Source: Nitrospirota bacterium (GTDB lineage: Bacteria > Nitrospirota > Thermodesulfovibrionia > Thermodesulfovibrionales > Dissulfurispiraceae). Taken from it: a DNA stretch of 64,000 nucleotides. Each line of letters opens with the position of its first letter. The stretch's first letter is position 1. The stretch lies in the NCBI GenBank assembly GCA_040754455.1, contig JBFMCP010000006.1, positions 1 to 64,000 of the forward strand, read 5' to 3'. The notes below the pieces were generated by a model. That model searched no databases. It saw nothing but the letters and a program-made list of their open reading frames with translations, and was not told the origin of the DNA. Of the stretch, positions 39,611-48,971 are shown piece after piece. The position numbers and the translations under genes are program-made.

Positions 39611-40552
39611 TTATACAAACAACGAGCTTACCGACGTCTCCTCGTGGATCCTCTTGATCGCTTCTGAAAGAAGCTTCGAAACGCTCAGCACCTTAAGCTT
39701 TTTACAGATACTCACCTTGTCATCCAGAGGAATTGTATCGGTGGTGATCACTTCCTCCAATACCGAATTGTTTATCCTGTCGATAGCAGGACCCGACAAT
39801 ACCGCGTGGCTGCATGCAGCGCATACCCGCTTCGCCCCATTCTCATGCAGGGCCTGTGCCGCCTGGGTAATGGTGCCTGCCGTATCGATCATATCATCAA
39901 GCAGGATGACATCCCTGTCCTTCACGTTGCCGATAACGTTCATGACCTTCGATACATTCGCTGCTTCGCGCCGCTTGTCGACAATCGCGAGCGACGCATT
40001 CAGCCGTTTTGCAAACGCCCGTGCACGCTCGACACCGCCTGCATCCGGGGAGACGATGACAAGATTGTCGAACTGACTCTTCTTTATATATTCAAGCAGG
40101 ACCGGCGCAGCGTAAAGATGATCAACAGGAATATCGAAAAATCCCTGGATCTGCGCGGCATGGAGATCGATGGTCAACACCCTGTTCGTCCCTGCCGCGG
40201 TGAGGAGATCGGCAACGAGTTTCGATGAAATAGGTACCCTCGGCTGGACCTTCCGGTCCTGGCGCGCATACCCGTAGTAGGGCACTACCGCCGTGATCCT
40301 GCGCGCAGAGGCCCGCTTCAAGGCATCGATGATGAGGAGCAGTTCCATAAGGTTGTGGTTCACGGGCGAACAGGTGGGCTGTATGACAAAGACGTCGCAC
40401 CCCCTGACGTTCTCATTGATCTGTACCGTTATCTCGCCATCGCTGAAGGTGTTCACCATAGTGTCGGTCAAGGAAATTCCGCTCTGTTTGCTCACAGCCT
40501 CCGCGAGCGGCCGGTTTGCATTGCCAGTAATAAGCTTGATACGGTCAGACAT
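39611..40552 (-). CDS. prs: Ribose-phosphate pyrophosphokinase
   Basis: [25 protein letters not shown]. Confidence 0.97.
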   Translation of the reverse strand: MSDRIKLITGNANRPLAEAVSKQSGISLTDTMVNTFSDGEITVQINENVRGCDVFVIQPTCSPVNHNLMELLLIIDALKRASARRITAVVPYYGYARQDRKVQPRVPISSKLVADLLTAAGTNRVLTIDLHAAQIQGFFDIPVDHLYAAPVLLEYIKKSQFDNLVIVSPDAGGVERARAFAKRLNASLAIVDKRREAANVSKVMNVIGNVKDRDVILLDDMIDTAGTITQAAQALHENGAKRVCAACSHAVLSGPAIDRINNSVLEEVITTDTIPLDDKVSICKKLKVLSVSKLLSEAIKRIHEETSVSSLFV

Positions 40553-40666
40553 GCTCTCTCCTCCAATTTAATAGTGCGTTATAGCGCCAAGCGTTCATCG
40601 CGTTTAGAGCGAGGCAGATTTCTTGTACACTGGAACGCTCTACGCTGCACGCTACAACGCTTTTAC

Positions 40667-40738
40667 CTGGGGCGCCAGGATTCGAACCTGGGAATGGCAG
40701 ATCCAAAATCTGCTGACTTACCGCTTGTCGACGCCCCA
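40667..40738 (-). tRNA. tRNA-Gln(TTG)
   Basis: Cloverleaf; anticodon arm GCAGA-TT-TTG-GA-TCTGC; canonical ispE-prs position. Confidence 0.96.
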
Positions 40739-40819
40739 AAATTTTCGTTTATAGCGCCGAGCGTTGCTAAAATCAGAATCCTTTATGTCTAAACGCACAA
40801 CGCTGAACGCTATAACGCT

Positions 40820-41692
40820 CTACGATGTTAATGTTTCGACCACCCTGCAAAAATACGGTGCGAATTGATGCGATGCAGCGACCGCCTGTTCGCGGTTTTC
40901 AAAAAGGCCGAATACGGTGGACCCGCTCCCGCTCATGAGGGCAAGCCCGGCCCCGCATGCGAGCAGCTGCCCTTTCAGAGCTCCGATAACAGGATACCGC
41001 CCAATCACCTCGTCTTCGAAATCGTTACGGATGAGTGCCTTGAGACGTGTACGATCACCGACTTTCAGGGCCTCATAAATTAACTGGATATTATTATCGG
41101 AATTACCCTTATTTGTCAATTCCCTTCGGCCTGCGAAACTGCTCCGCCGGGCGCTGAGCGCACCGTAGGCCCATGCCGTCGCCACGGATACCGGGGGCTT
41201 TACCAGAAGCAAGGTGTAAGGAATCTCTATGGCGAGGGGGGTGAGGACCTCTCCTCTTCCCTCAGCAAGCGCCAGAGGGCCGTCAAAAAAGAAGGGAACA
41301 TCGGACCCCAGCGTGCCACCGACCATTTTAAGCTCCTCCTCGCTGAGGCGGAGTCCCCAGAGGGTATTCAGTCCCCTCAATGCCGAGGCTGCATCGCTGC
41401 TCCCCCCACCGAGTCCGGCTCCCCAGGGGATCTCCTTGTTCAGCACGATGCGCGCCCCCCTGGTGCAACCGGTAAACTGCTGCAAGGACCGCGCGGCTTT
41501 AAAGACGAGGTTCTGCTCGGGCGGCAGCTCCATTCCGGTAATCAATTCAAGCGTATCGGCAGGGCTGAACGACAGCGTATCACAGAGAGTGATGCAGTGC
41601 ATCAGAGAGCGGATGTTGTGGTACCCGTCAGCTCTTTTATCCAATACCGAGAGGGTCCAGTTTATCTTGGCAGGCGCCTTAATGGTGAGCAT
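40820..41692 (-). CDS. ispE: 4-diphosphocytidyl-2-C-methyl-D-erythritol kinase
   Basis: APAKIN, GAGLGGGSSDA, MSGSG. Confidence 0.96.
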   Translation of the reverse strand: MLTIKAPAKINWTLSVLDKRADGYHNIRSLMHCITLCDTLSFSPADTLELITGMELPPEQNLVFKAARSLQQFTGCTRGARIVLNKEIPWGAGLGGGSSDAASALRGLNTLWGLRLSEEELKMVGGTLGSDVPFFFDGPLALAEGRGEVLTPLAIEIPYTLLLVKPPVSVATAWAYGALSARRSSFAGRRELTNKGNSDNNIQLIYEALKVGDRTRLKALIRNDFEDEVIGRYPVIGALKGQLLACGAGLALMSGSGSTVFGLFENREQAVAASHQFAPYFCRVVETLTS

Positions 41693-41712
41693 GGGATCGG
41701 TTGAGGAACGCG

Positions 41713-43461
41713 TTACAGAGCGCTCTTCTGATGCTGCTTCTGTTTTATGTTCCGTATCTTCCGCTCAATACGCTCTTTCAGTCCCTCTTCCTTAGCAGGA
41801 AATTTCAGTGCCTCATTCCACGATTCAAGGGCATCGTGATCACTCTTCAGTGCTTCATAGACATCGCCGATATGCTCATGCAGCACAGGATCGTCGTTCA
41901 CTGACTTCAGGGCCTTTTTAAGTGTCGTCAGTGCTTCATCGAACCTGCCGAGCTTGAAATAGACCCAGCCGAGGCTATCGATAATGTACCCGCTGTCGGG
42001 TTTCAGGTCCAGCGCCCTGGTGATGAGATTGAGGGCCTCATCGAGGTGGATGCCCTTTTCCGCATAGCTGTAGCCGAGGTAATTCATGGCATCGGCATGC
42101 TTCGGATTCAGCTCAATCGTATACTTGAGTGCCGCTACCATATCATCAAAGCGCCCCATCTTCTCATAGAGAACAGCAAGGTTGAAGTTCAGCTCGTCGT
42201 TCTCCTTGAACCGTGCCAGCCCCTCCCTGAAGACAGCTTCAGCTTTGATATAATTCTTCAGCTGCATATGGGCGGCGCCGAGATACGCATAGATTTCGGG
42301 CTTGTCCTTTTCAAAGCTCAGTATTTCCTCATAGATTCTCGCTGCATCATCGTAGCGGTTCTTCTGTGCGTAGATAAATCCGAGGGAAAGAAAAGCGCTG
42401 ATGTTCTTGGGGTCGAGCGTGAGGATCTTTTTCAACTCCTCGATGGCTGCATCGTGCCGGTCCAGCTCTTCGAGGGCGAGCACCTTGTAGTTCCTCACTG
42501 CAAGGTCTCTCGGCTTCGCAGCGAGGACAACCTCGAATTCCGCGAGCGCCCGCTCGTACTGTTTTTCCTGCAGATAGAGCAATCCGAGCCTGAGGTGGGC
42601 GTCGACATTGCCCGGCACCCGCTCCAGCGCCTCTTCAAGGGCCTTGATCGCTTTCCTGAAATCCTTCTCAGAGAGGTACATCTGGAAGAGTTTCTCCCTG
42701 GTGAGCATATTGTTGGGATTCACCTCGAGGGCTTTCATATAGTATGCCTCAGCGGTAGGCAGGTCTCCTTTCAGCTCACGAATAAAACCTGCATTGACGT
42801 ACGCGGCATCAAAGGACGGGCGGATGGTGATGATTTTCCTAAACATATCTTCGGCGCTGTCATAAGACTTCGCTTCGAGATAGGCCGATCCTATATAATA
42901 CAGGGCCATAATATTATCGGGATCCTTTTCCAGTACTTTCCCGAACAGGGCTTGCGCCTTTCTTGTTTCTCCCTTTCCTGCATAGAGCGAACCGAGGAAC
43001 AGAAGCGCCTCATCCTTGTCCGGAGCCAGCCGTACCACACGTTCGTATATTTTTATCGCTGCGTCGCTCTTTTTCTCATTATGGTAAAGCTCGCCGAGAA
43101 GCATGAGTGCAGGGACGTAATCGGGATGCACTTTTATCAGCTCTTCTAGTCCGGTCAGCGCATCAGAGATCCGTCCCACTTTGATGAGCGCCATACTGAT
43201 CTGGGTTTTCAGATGGACAGAATGCGGATCGAACGCAAGGGCGTTCTGGTAGTGCTGCAGCGCCTCTTCCCACTTCTCATCCTGTTCTGCCGCGTAGCCC
43301 TGAAGATACGCCAGAAACGCCTTTCCGGCATAGGGCGGCCACTCCTCCCGATGTCTTTTCTCCGGAGTTGCCGTACTGATCGTCTTCTGGGCAGTCGTTG
43401 CGCACGAGGCAGTAAACAGCGGGAATAGCAAGAGCAGGGGAACGAAAAGTCTTAATAGCAT
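41713..43461 (-). CDS. TPR-repeat lipoprotein
   Basis: Lipobox TASC, many TPRs, NYLGY...DSLGW. Confidence 0.9.
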   Translation of the reverse strand: MLLRLFVPLLLLFPLFTASCATTAQKTISTATPEKRHREEWPPYAGKAFLAYLQGYAAEQDEKWEEALQHYQNALAFDPHSVHLKTQISMALIKVGRISDALTGLEELIKVHPDYVPALMLLGELYHNEKKSDAAIKIYERVVRLAPDKDEALLFLGSLYAGKGETRKAQALFGKVLEKDPDNIMALYYIGSAYLEAKSYDSAEDMFRKIITIRPSFDAAYVNAGFIRELKGDLPTAEAYYMKALEVNPNNMLTREKLFQMYLSEKDFRKAIKALEEALERVPGNVDAHLRLGLLYLQEKQYERALAEFEVVLAAKPRDLAVRNYKVLALEELDRHDAAIEELKKILTLDPKNISAFLSLGFIYAQKNRYDDAARIYEEILSFEKDKPEIYAYLGAAHMQLKNYIKAEAVFREGLARFKENDELNFNLAVLYEKMGRFDDMVAALKYTIELNPKHADAMNYLGYSYAEKGIHLDEALNLITRALDLKPDSGYIIDSLGWVYFKLGRFDEALTTLKKALKSVNDDPVLHEHIGDVYEALKSDHDALESWNEALKFPAKEEGLKERIERKIRNIKQKQHQKSAL

Positions 43462-43505
43462 AATTTTTTATTATCGCACAATGGATAGATAAAGTTAAAG
43501 GTGAT

Positions 43506-43536
43506 AAAAACAGTGGGGAGCCGACAGCTCCCCACT
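43506..43536 (-). terminator. Intrinsic terminator after the peptide gene
   Basis: AGTGGGGAGC-TGTCG-GCTCCCCACT-GTTTTT on the minus strand. Confidence 0.8.
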
Positions 43537-43562
43537 CATGAAGTCTTTGTAATGAAGCAACG

Positions 43563-43625
43563 TTAGCACGAACCCTTACATTTGCAGGTCATCGCTGCCT
43601 TTTTGGCTACCTTCTTGATCGTCAT
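43563..43625 (-). CDS. 20-aa Cys-rich putative RiPP precursor MTIKKVAKKAAMTCKCKGSC
   Basis: AAAGGAGGTG RBS 5 nt before ATG; terminator downstream; directly after the rSAM/SPASM gene. Confidence 0.75.
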   Translation of the reverse strand: MTIKKVAKKAAMTCKCKGSC

Positions 43626-43679
43626 CGGCGCACCTCCTTTTCCAAGGGGTCATGCCGGACTTCATGCCCGGTTATTTCA

Positions 43680-44840
43680 TTATATCATAATATCATATGC
43701 ATAGCAGCGGTAGAGGTCCCGCTTCAGTGATATTTCATTGCCTTCCGTTCCCGTCCCCGCCCTGAACCGGCAGCCCCCGCGACAAAGGTGCATTACCTCA
43801 CAATCCAGTGCGGCGCATTCAAGATCGTCAATCCGTACTGGTTTCATTCTGGTCCAACTCGTCCTCAGCCCTTCCCGTATCGTGCCTATCGGTGCAGTGG
43901 CATAAAAGGCGCATTTGCTTATGCGTCCGTCGGCGAGCACTGACATCAAATGATGTCCGCAGGCATATCCGTCTCCTCCTCCATGCAGGCCGCTGCCGAA
44001 CCCATACCGCAGGTACCTTCCGGCCCTTTCCGGACTCACCTGCAGAAGGGGGTTACATAGCAAATTACCCGCAGCGCAGGGCACATCGACAGTCCACTCC
44101 CTGATGCCCATCTCCTTGAAGAGCACTTCCATTGCATCGAATTCACCGAGGTTCTCCCGATGCACCATGGTGGCAATGGATACCGCTATTCCCGTATTCA
44201 GCACCCTCTTGACCCGCTCCATCACCCGTTTGTAGGTCCCCCTCCCTCTGAGCGCATCATGACCGCGCTCCAGGCCGTCAACGCTGAATTGCACTTCTTG
44301 CACGTTCAATGTTTCCAGTATTTCATCATGCAGCATGAGACCATTGGTGAAGAGTATCTTCCTGAACCGGTATCGGGGCAGCAGCTCATTGAGCGCTGCA
44401 AAGCGGCGGTGCATCAGCGGCTCGCCGCCGGTGATCAGGAGGCGGAGGCCCTGCATCTCCTCGAACTCATCGAGAATTGTCGCGATGCTTTCGATTGACA
44501 ACTCGTTGTCGCGTGCCGCCCCGAGGTAACAATGTCTGCAGGAGAGGTTGCAGCGGTCGGTAATCTGCAATTCGAGATACCGCAAAGAGGGAACCGGTGC
44601 TGCTCCAAACGGAGGCCGTTCCGCTGAAACAGCCTCCGTTGTCAGAATGCCTTCTGAAAGGCAAGAGCCGATAAAGTCTTTTTCAACTCCCGCGCCGCTG
44701 CATCCATCGTGAGCTGCACAGCACTGGAGGAACGAAAAGGCCTCTTCGTCAAGTTCATAAAGCTCATCATTGACCATATCATACACGGCAAAGGTTTCGA
44801 GCCGCTTCAGAACAAACCTGTCGGAGAGATAATAGCGCAT
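43680..44840 (-). CDS. Radical SAM/SPASM-domain protein with an N-terminal RRE-like extension
   Basis: CNLSCRHC, TGGEP, and SPASM cysteines (CGHH...KC...EC....C.....CRGGC...C). Confidence 0.92.
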   Translation of the reverse strand: MRYYLSDRFVLKRLETFAVYDMVNDELYELDEEAFSFLQCCAAHDGCSGAGVEKDFIGSCLSEGILTTEAVSAERPPFGAAPVPSLRYLELQITDRCNLSCRHCYLGAARDNELSIESIATILDEFEEMQGLRLLITGGEPLMHRRFAALNELLPRYRFRKILFTNGLMLHDEILETLNVQEVQFSVDGLERGHDALRGRGTYKRVMERVKRVLNTGIAVSIATMVHRENLGEFDAMEVLFKEMGIREWTVDVPCAAGNLLCNPLLQVSPERAGRYLRYGFGSGLHGGGDGYACGHHLMSVLADGRISKCAFYATAPIGTIREGLRTSWTRMKPVRIDDLECAALDCEVMHLCRGGCRFRAGTGTEGNEISLKRDLYRCYAYDIMI

Positions 44841-44879
44841 ACCTTATTTTACAACAGCCATGTCTTGTTATAATTAACA

Positions 44880-45314
44880 ATGCACTATTTAGAACATCCG
44901 CTACCATCACTGCCGCGACTGCGAGGCCATCATCTCATCTGTCTTCATTTCTATCGCGGTGAGGGGTACAACGAGGCATTTATCGCCAATCTAGAGAGTG
45001 TTTTAGAGAGAGCAGAAGAGTATGGTGTCGAGGTCTGTCGCGGGACAGACGACGTCTGCTGTGCCTGTCCCTCTCGCGATCTCAACCGCTGCGCCCATAC
45101 CGAGCATGCCGAAGAAGAGATACAGGCAATGGATGATCGCGCACTGCATCTATTAGGGGTGCGGCATGGGCAAACAGTGCAGTGGGGGGCGGTCAGAAAA
45201 AGACTCTCCGGCCTCTTCTCCGAATGGTATGCGGCATGCTGTGATGGATGCAATTGGAAAAGGGCGTGCGAGAAAAACGACCTTTACCGGGATCTTTCTG
45301 CTAAAACAGCATAA
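44880..45314 (+). CDS. DUF1284-like Cys/His protein
   Basis: LRGHHLICL...GEGY..F, DDVC..CP, C..C.W...C. Confidence 0.8.
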   Translation: MHYLEHPLPSLPRLRGHHLICLHFYRGEGYNEAFIANLESVLERAEEYGVEVCRGTDDVCCACPSRDLNRCAHTEHAEEEIQAMDDRALHLLGVRHGQTVQWGAVRKRLSGLFSEWYAACCDGCNWKRACEKNDLYRDLSAKTA

Positions 45315-47394
45315 GATTTTGGTACAGGGGCCACTCATCGATGGTCAGCACCTCCACACGATTCTTGCCCCTTCCCTTTGCCTGATAGAGCGCATCGTCT
45401 GCCCTCTTTATAAAACTGTCTGCGATGTCATTTTCATTGAGCTCGGTCACTCCTATGCTTACGGTGACCTCTCCGACGGCACTGAAGAACTGGCTCTCGA
45501 TCTCTTTTCTTATCTTCTCCGCCAGCCACACCGCTCCCTCAAGCTCTGTTTCCGGAGCAAGCAGGATGAATTCCTCACCGCCGAATCGTGCAAAGACATC
45601 GGTACTCCGTATGTTCCTGCTTACAATATTGGTGGCCGTCACCAGCACCGCGTCCCCCATGGCGTGTCCGAAGGTATCATTCACCTTTTTGAAATCATCG
45701 ATATCGAAGAGGATGAGTGAAAGGGGAATTTTATACCGTGCGGACCGCTGCAGCTCTCTCTCGAGAACCTCGTAGAACTTCCTCCGGTTGTAGATGTTGG
45801 TGAGGGTATCCCGCTCTGCAAGGTCCCTCAACTTCTCCTCCATCATTTTACGTTCCGTAACATCACGGAAGATAGCGCGCGTGGCAAAAGGTTTGCCGTT
45901 TACAAAATTGCAATTAACGCTCCCCTCCACCGTCATTGTCCTTCCCTCTTTCGTCACAAACACCACTTCAACCTTATCGATAACCTCTCCCGCCATCACG
46001 CGTTGGAACATTTCGCCACAGTGGGCATGACAGTCGGGATGAATGATATTAAAGATGGTGAGTTTCGAAACTTCCTCCTCGGTATAGCCCAGAGCTTTCC
46101 GCCACGCATTGTTTACATACTGGAACGTCCCGTCGGGGGCGACGCTCTGGATGAGGTCGTTGGCGTTCTCGAAAAGGTCGCGGTATCGTTCTTCGCTCTC
46201 CCTCAATGCCTCTTCAGCCCATGTCCTGACAATGATCTCCTGCCGCAGGTCCGCATTCACCCGTTCGAGCTCCGCCGTCCGCTCCATGACCCGCTCTTCG
46301 AGCTCGTGCCGTGCCTGTTCCAATGCCGCCCGGGAGATGCTCAGCCGCCGGTTCAGCTTCATCACATAGGTCGTCGTTATCGCCATGAGTGTTACCGCTG
46401 CAGCCGCCAGAGCAAACCAGTACCAGTATGCCCTGAGAAGTTCGGCGGCCGTAATCTTCCCGGAATCCTTATAAATACCGACCTTGAGCTCTTTCAGACA
46501 TTCGTGTACCGGCTGATAATCAAGGGGGATGGTCCAGCCTGCACTGCCGGCCGCCCGTGCCGCACGGCTATTACGGGGCATGTTCAAAAGCGCAATCGTC
46601 ACCTTTCTCGCATTCTCCTCTGAGGTGTGCCGCACTCTCGCAATCGGCCATTCCGGATAAAGAGATGTACTGTGCAGGAAGAGAAATTCCTCATTGTACT
46701 GACGGTTGAGGATACGGAAATCGTCAAGGTCGATTTTTCCTTCCTGGACCATCCGTTCGAGGATGCAGGTGCGAACCGTCCCGGCATCGACCTTACCGTC
46801 CCTTACCGCAAAAACAACGGCATCATGCGTGCCGCCGAATTCGAGCTTCTTGAAATCTTTGTAGGGGTCGATTCCTTTTCGCTTCAGCTCGCGCAGGGCC
46901 ATCCACCACCCCCCGAGGGAATTCTCCTCGACCGCCATAAAGGAGGCATTCGCCAGATCAGTCAGCTCCCTGATATCCTCTCGATCGGCACGGGTGAAAA
47001 TGACGCCGCCGTATTGCGTGTAGCTGCTCCCGTATGCATAGTTCCTCAACGTGGCTATTCTGTTGACGCCATACAGCTTCTCCATCTCAACATAATCGGC
47101 GGGGTTGGTGATGATGAAATCGACCCCTCCCTGTTTCACGACGTGTCTGATTTCATTGAAAGTGAGAGGGACAATGGTAAACGAATGCTCCGGTATCTGC
47201 CGGGAGAGATAGGCAGCAGTGGGATCCCACATCGTGCGTGCGGCTGCAGTGCCCCTGTAGGCGAGCACACCGATCCTGATTTCCTGCTTCGGCTGAGACA
47301 ATACATCGCCGCAGAGCATAAGAGAGACGAGGAGGACCGCTCCTATGAATGTGCATGCGTGCGTTCTCTCGCAGAATTTCGTTACACAGCTCAT
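45301..47394 (-). CDS. Diguanylate cyclase with periplasmic binding-protein and PAS domains
   Basis: Phosphonate-binding-like domain, TM, PAS, RSTD I-site, GGEEF. Confidence 0.93.
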   Translation of the reverse strand: MSCVTKFCERTHACTFIGAVLLVSLMLCGDVLSQPKQEIRIGVLAYRGTAAARTMWDPTAAYLSRQIPEHSFTIVPLTFNEIRHVVKQGGVDFIITNPADYVEMEKLYGVNRIATLRNYAYGSSYTQYGGVIFTRADREDIRELTDLANASFMAVEENSLGGWWMALRELKRKGIDPYKDFKKLEFGGTHDAVVFAVRDGKVDAGTVRTCILERMVQEGKIDLDDFRILNRQYNEEFLFLHSTSLYPEWPIARVRHTSEENARKVTIALLNMPRNSRAARAAGSAGWTIPLDYQPVHECLKELKVGIYKDSGKITAAELLRAYWYWFALAAAAVTLMAITTTYVMKLNRRLSISRAALEQARHELEERVMERTAELERVNADLRQEIIVRTWAEEALRESEERYRDLFENANDLIQSVAPDGTFQYVNNAWRKALGYTEEEVSKLTIFNIIHPDCHAHCGEMFQRVMAGEVIDKVEVVFVTKEGRTMTVEGSVNCNFVNGKPFATRAIFRDVTERKMMEEKLRDLAERDTLTNIYNRRKFYEVLERELQRSARYKIPLSLILFDIDDFKKVNDTFGHAMGDAVLVTATNIVSRNIRSTDVFARFGGEEFILLAPETELEGAVWLAEKIRKEIESQFFSAVGEVTVSIGVTELNENDIADSFIKRADDALYQAKGRGKNRVEVLTIDEWPLYQNLMLF

Positions 47395-47601
47395 AGCGTA
47401 CGTGATTCCTCCCCTTGGATGTCCTGTCCTGAAACAAGCATCAACGGCTCCTCAACGCTGCATATGCGCTCATGTCGCTCTCGAGCATTCTGCGACTGGC
47501 TTAGCTTATCAAAAACGCTGCGTGCAGCGAAAGACATTTTCGTCCCTGAAAAGCCTTTTTTTGTTATTCGTGATGTACATCACAAGGACTCCGGACTGCG
47601 T

Positions 47602-48753
47602 TTATTCGGGAGTCCTTTCCCTTCGTGCCTTGAAATAGTCCAGAAAGGCTTTTACCACCGCCGGATCGAACTGTCTCCCGGAATGCTTCTGCAGTTCTGC
47701 AAGTGCATTCTCCCAGCTCAGCCCTTTCCGGTACGGCCTGTTGGTCGTCATTGCATCAAAGGCATCGGCCACGGCAACGATGCGCGCCAGAAGGGGAATC
47801 GCCTCCCCCTTCAAACCCTCGGGATACCCGGAGCCGTCGTACCGCTCATGATGATATTTTATGCCGGGAATGACTCCCCTGAGCTTCTTGATCCGGGAGA
47901 GGACAGCGGCACCGAATTCAGGATGTTTCCGCATCTCGCCGAACTCCTCGGAAGTAAGTCTGCCCGGGTTCAGCAATATGGTATCCCTGACGCCTATCTT
48001 CCCGATATCGTGCAGTATTGCGGCAAGCCGCAGCCTGACCATCTCTCTTCTGGTCAAGCCTATTCGCCTGCCAATGGCCAGACTATACTCCATAACCCGC
48101 CGCGTATGCCCGCCGGTATAGGGATCTCTCATTTCTATGGTCTCGGCCAGGGCCTGCATGGTGTTATAGAATGTCTCGTTCAGCTCGTCACGGAGCCGCG
48201 TATTTTCCACAGCAATGGCGACCTGATTTGAGAATGAGACCATCAGCACCATATCCTCAGAAGTAAACATCCCGCTCTTCTTGTTGATTACCTGGAGCAC
48301 CCCGAGAAGCTTATTGCGGGCGGTTACCGGAACGCAGACCATATTTCTGGTTTTAAATCCGCTCCGTTCATCGACCTTTTTGAAAAATCGGGGGTCGTTT
48401 TCGGCATCTTCTACAATCAAGGGAAGCTGGTTCTCTGCAACCCATCCAGCGATGCCCTGCCCTTTCTTCAGCCGGACCGTCTTGACCACGTCGCCCCGCT
48501 TACCGCTCGCCACATCGAAATAGAGATCACCGGTGCTTCCGTCGACAAAGAGCAGGCTGCCGGCTTCGGCATCAGTCATGCGCATAGCGGATTCAATAGC
48601 ACGCCGCTTGATTTCATCGATATCGAGGGCTGAATTGATAAGCGTCGTAAGCTCCACAAAGGCATCAAGGTGATTTGCCTTATGGGGATATGTATATGCG
48701 CTATATCCCTTAGCGCCCACGCCTGCCGCCTCCTCTGCGGTCAACAGGCGCAT
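47602..48753 (-). CDS. GAF + HD-GYP phosphodiesterase
   Basis: LHDIGK and HHERYDGSGYP. Confidence 0.93.
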   Translation of the reverse strand: MRLLTAEEAAGVGAKGYSAYTYPHKANHLDAFVELTTLINSALDIDEIKRRAIESAMRMTDAEAGSLLFVDGSTGDLYFDVASGKRGDVVKTVRLKKGQGIAGWVAENQLPLIVEDAENDPRFFKKVDERSGFKTRNMVCVPVTARNKLLGVLQVINKKSGMFTSEDMVLMVSFSNQVAIAVENTRLRDELNETFYNTMQALAETIEMRDPYTGGHTRRVMEYSLAIGRRIGLTRREMVRLRLAAILHDIGKIGVRDTILLNPGRLTSEEFGEMRKHPEFGAAVLSRIKKLRGVIPGIKYHHERYDGSGYPEGLKGEAIPLLARIVAVADAFDAMTTNRPYRKGLSWENALAELQKHSGRQFDPAVVKAFLDYFKARRERTPE

Positions 48754-48971
48754 TCAGCCTGTTTTCAACAGCTTCCATCCTTATAATTATCGACGTCTTC
48801 CCCCGAACACTTAAGATGACCGCTGCATTGGTTGAGCGGAAAGCCCGCTGTTCTGCCGACAGCGGAAAAGGGTATTTTCCTTTCTAATTGAGCAACTTGC
48901 CACGTCATTTCATATAATAAGTCGGTCTGTAGTATAATTCAGGATGTATTTTCTCAGGAGAGGACCCGAAC

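Noticed and set aside
46627..48231. Long shadow ORFs (534 aa here; also 26074-27192, 31784-32710, 42046-43149, 50055-51164)
   Set aside because: Antisense to well-supported genes, with no motifs of their own
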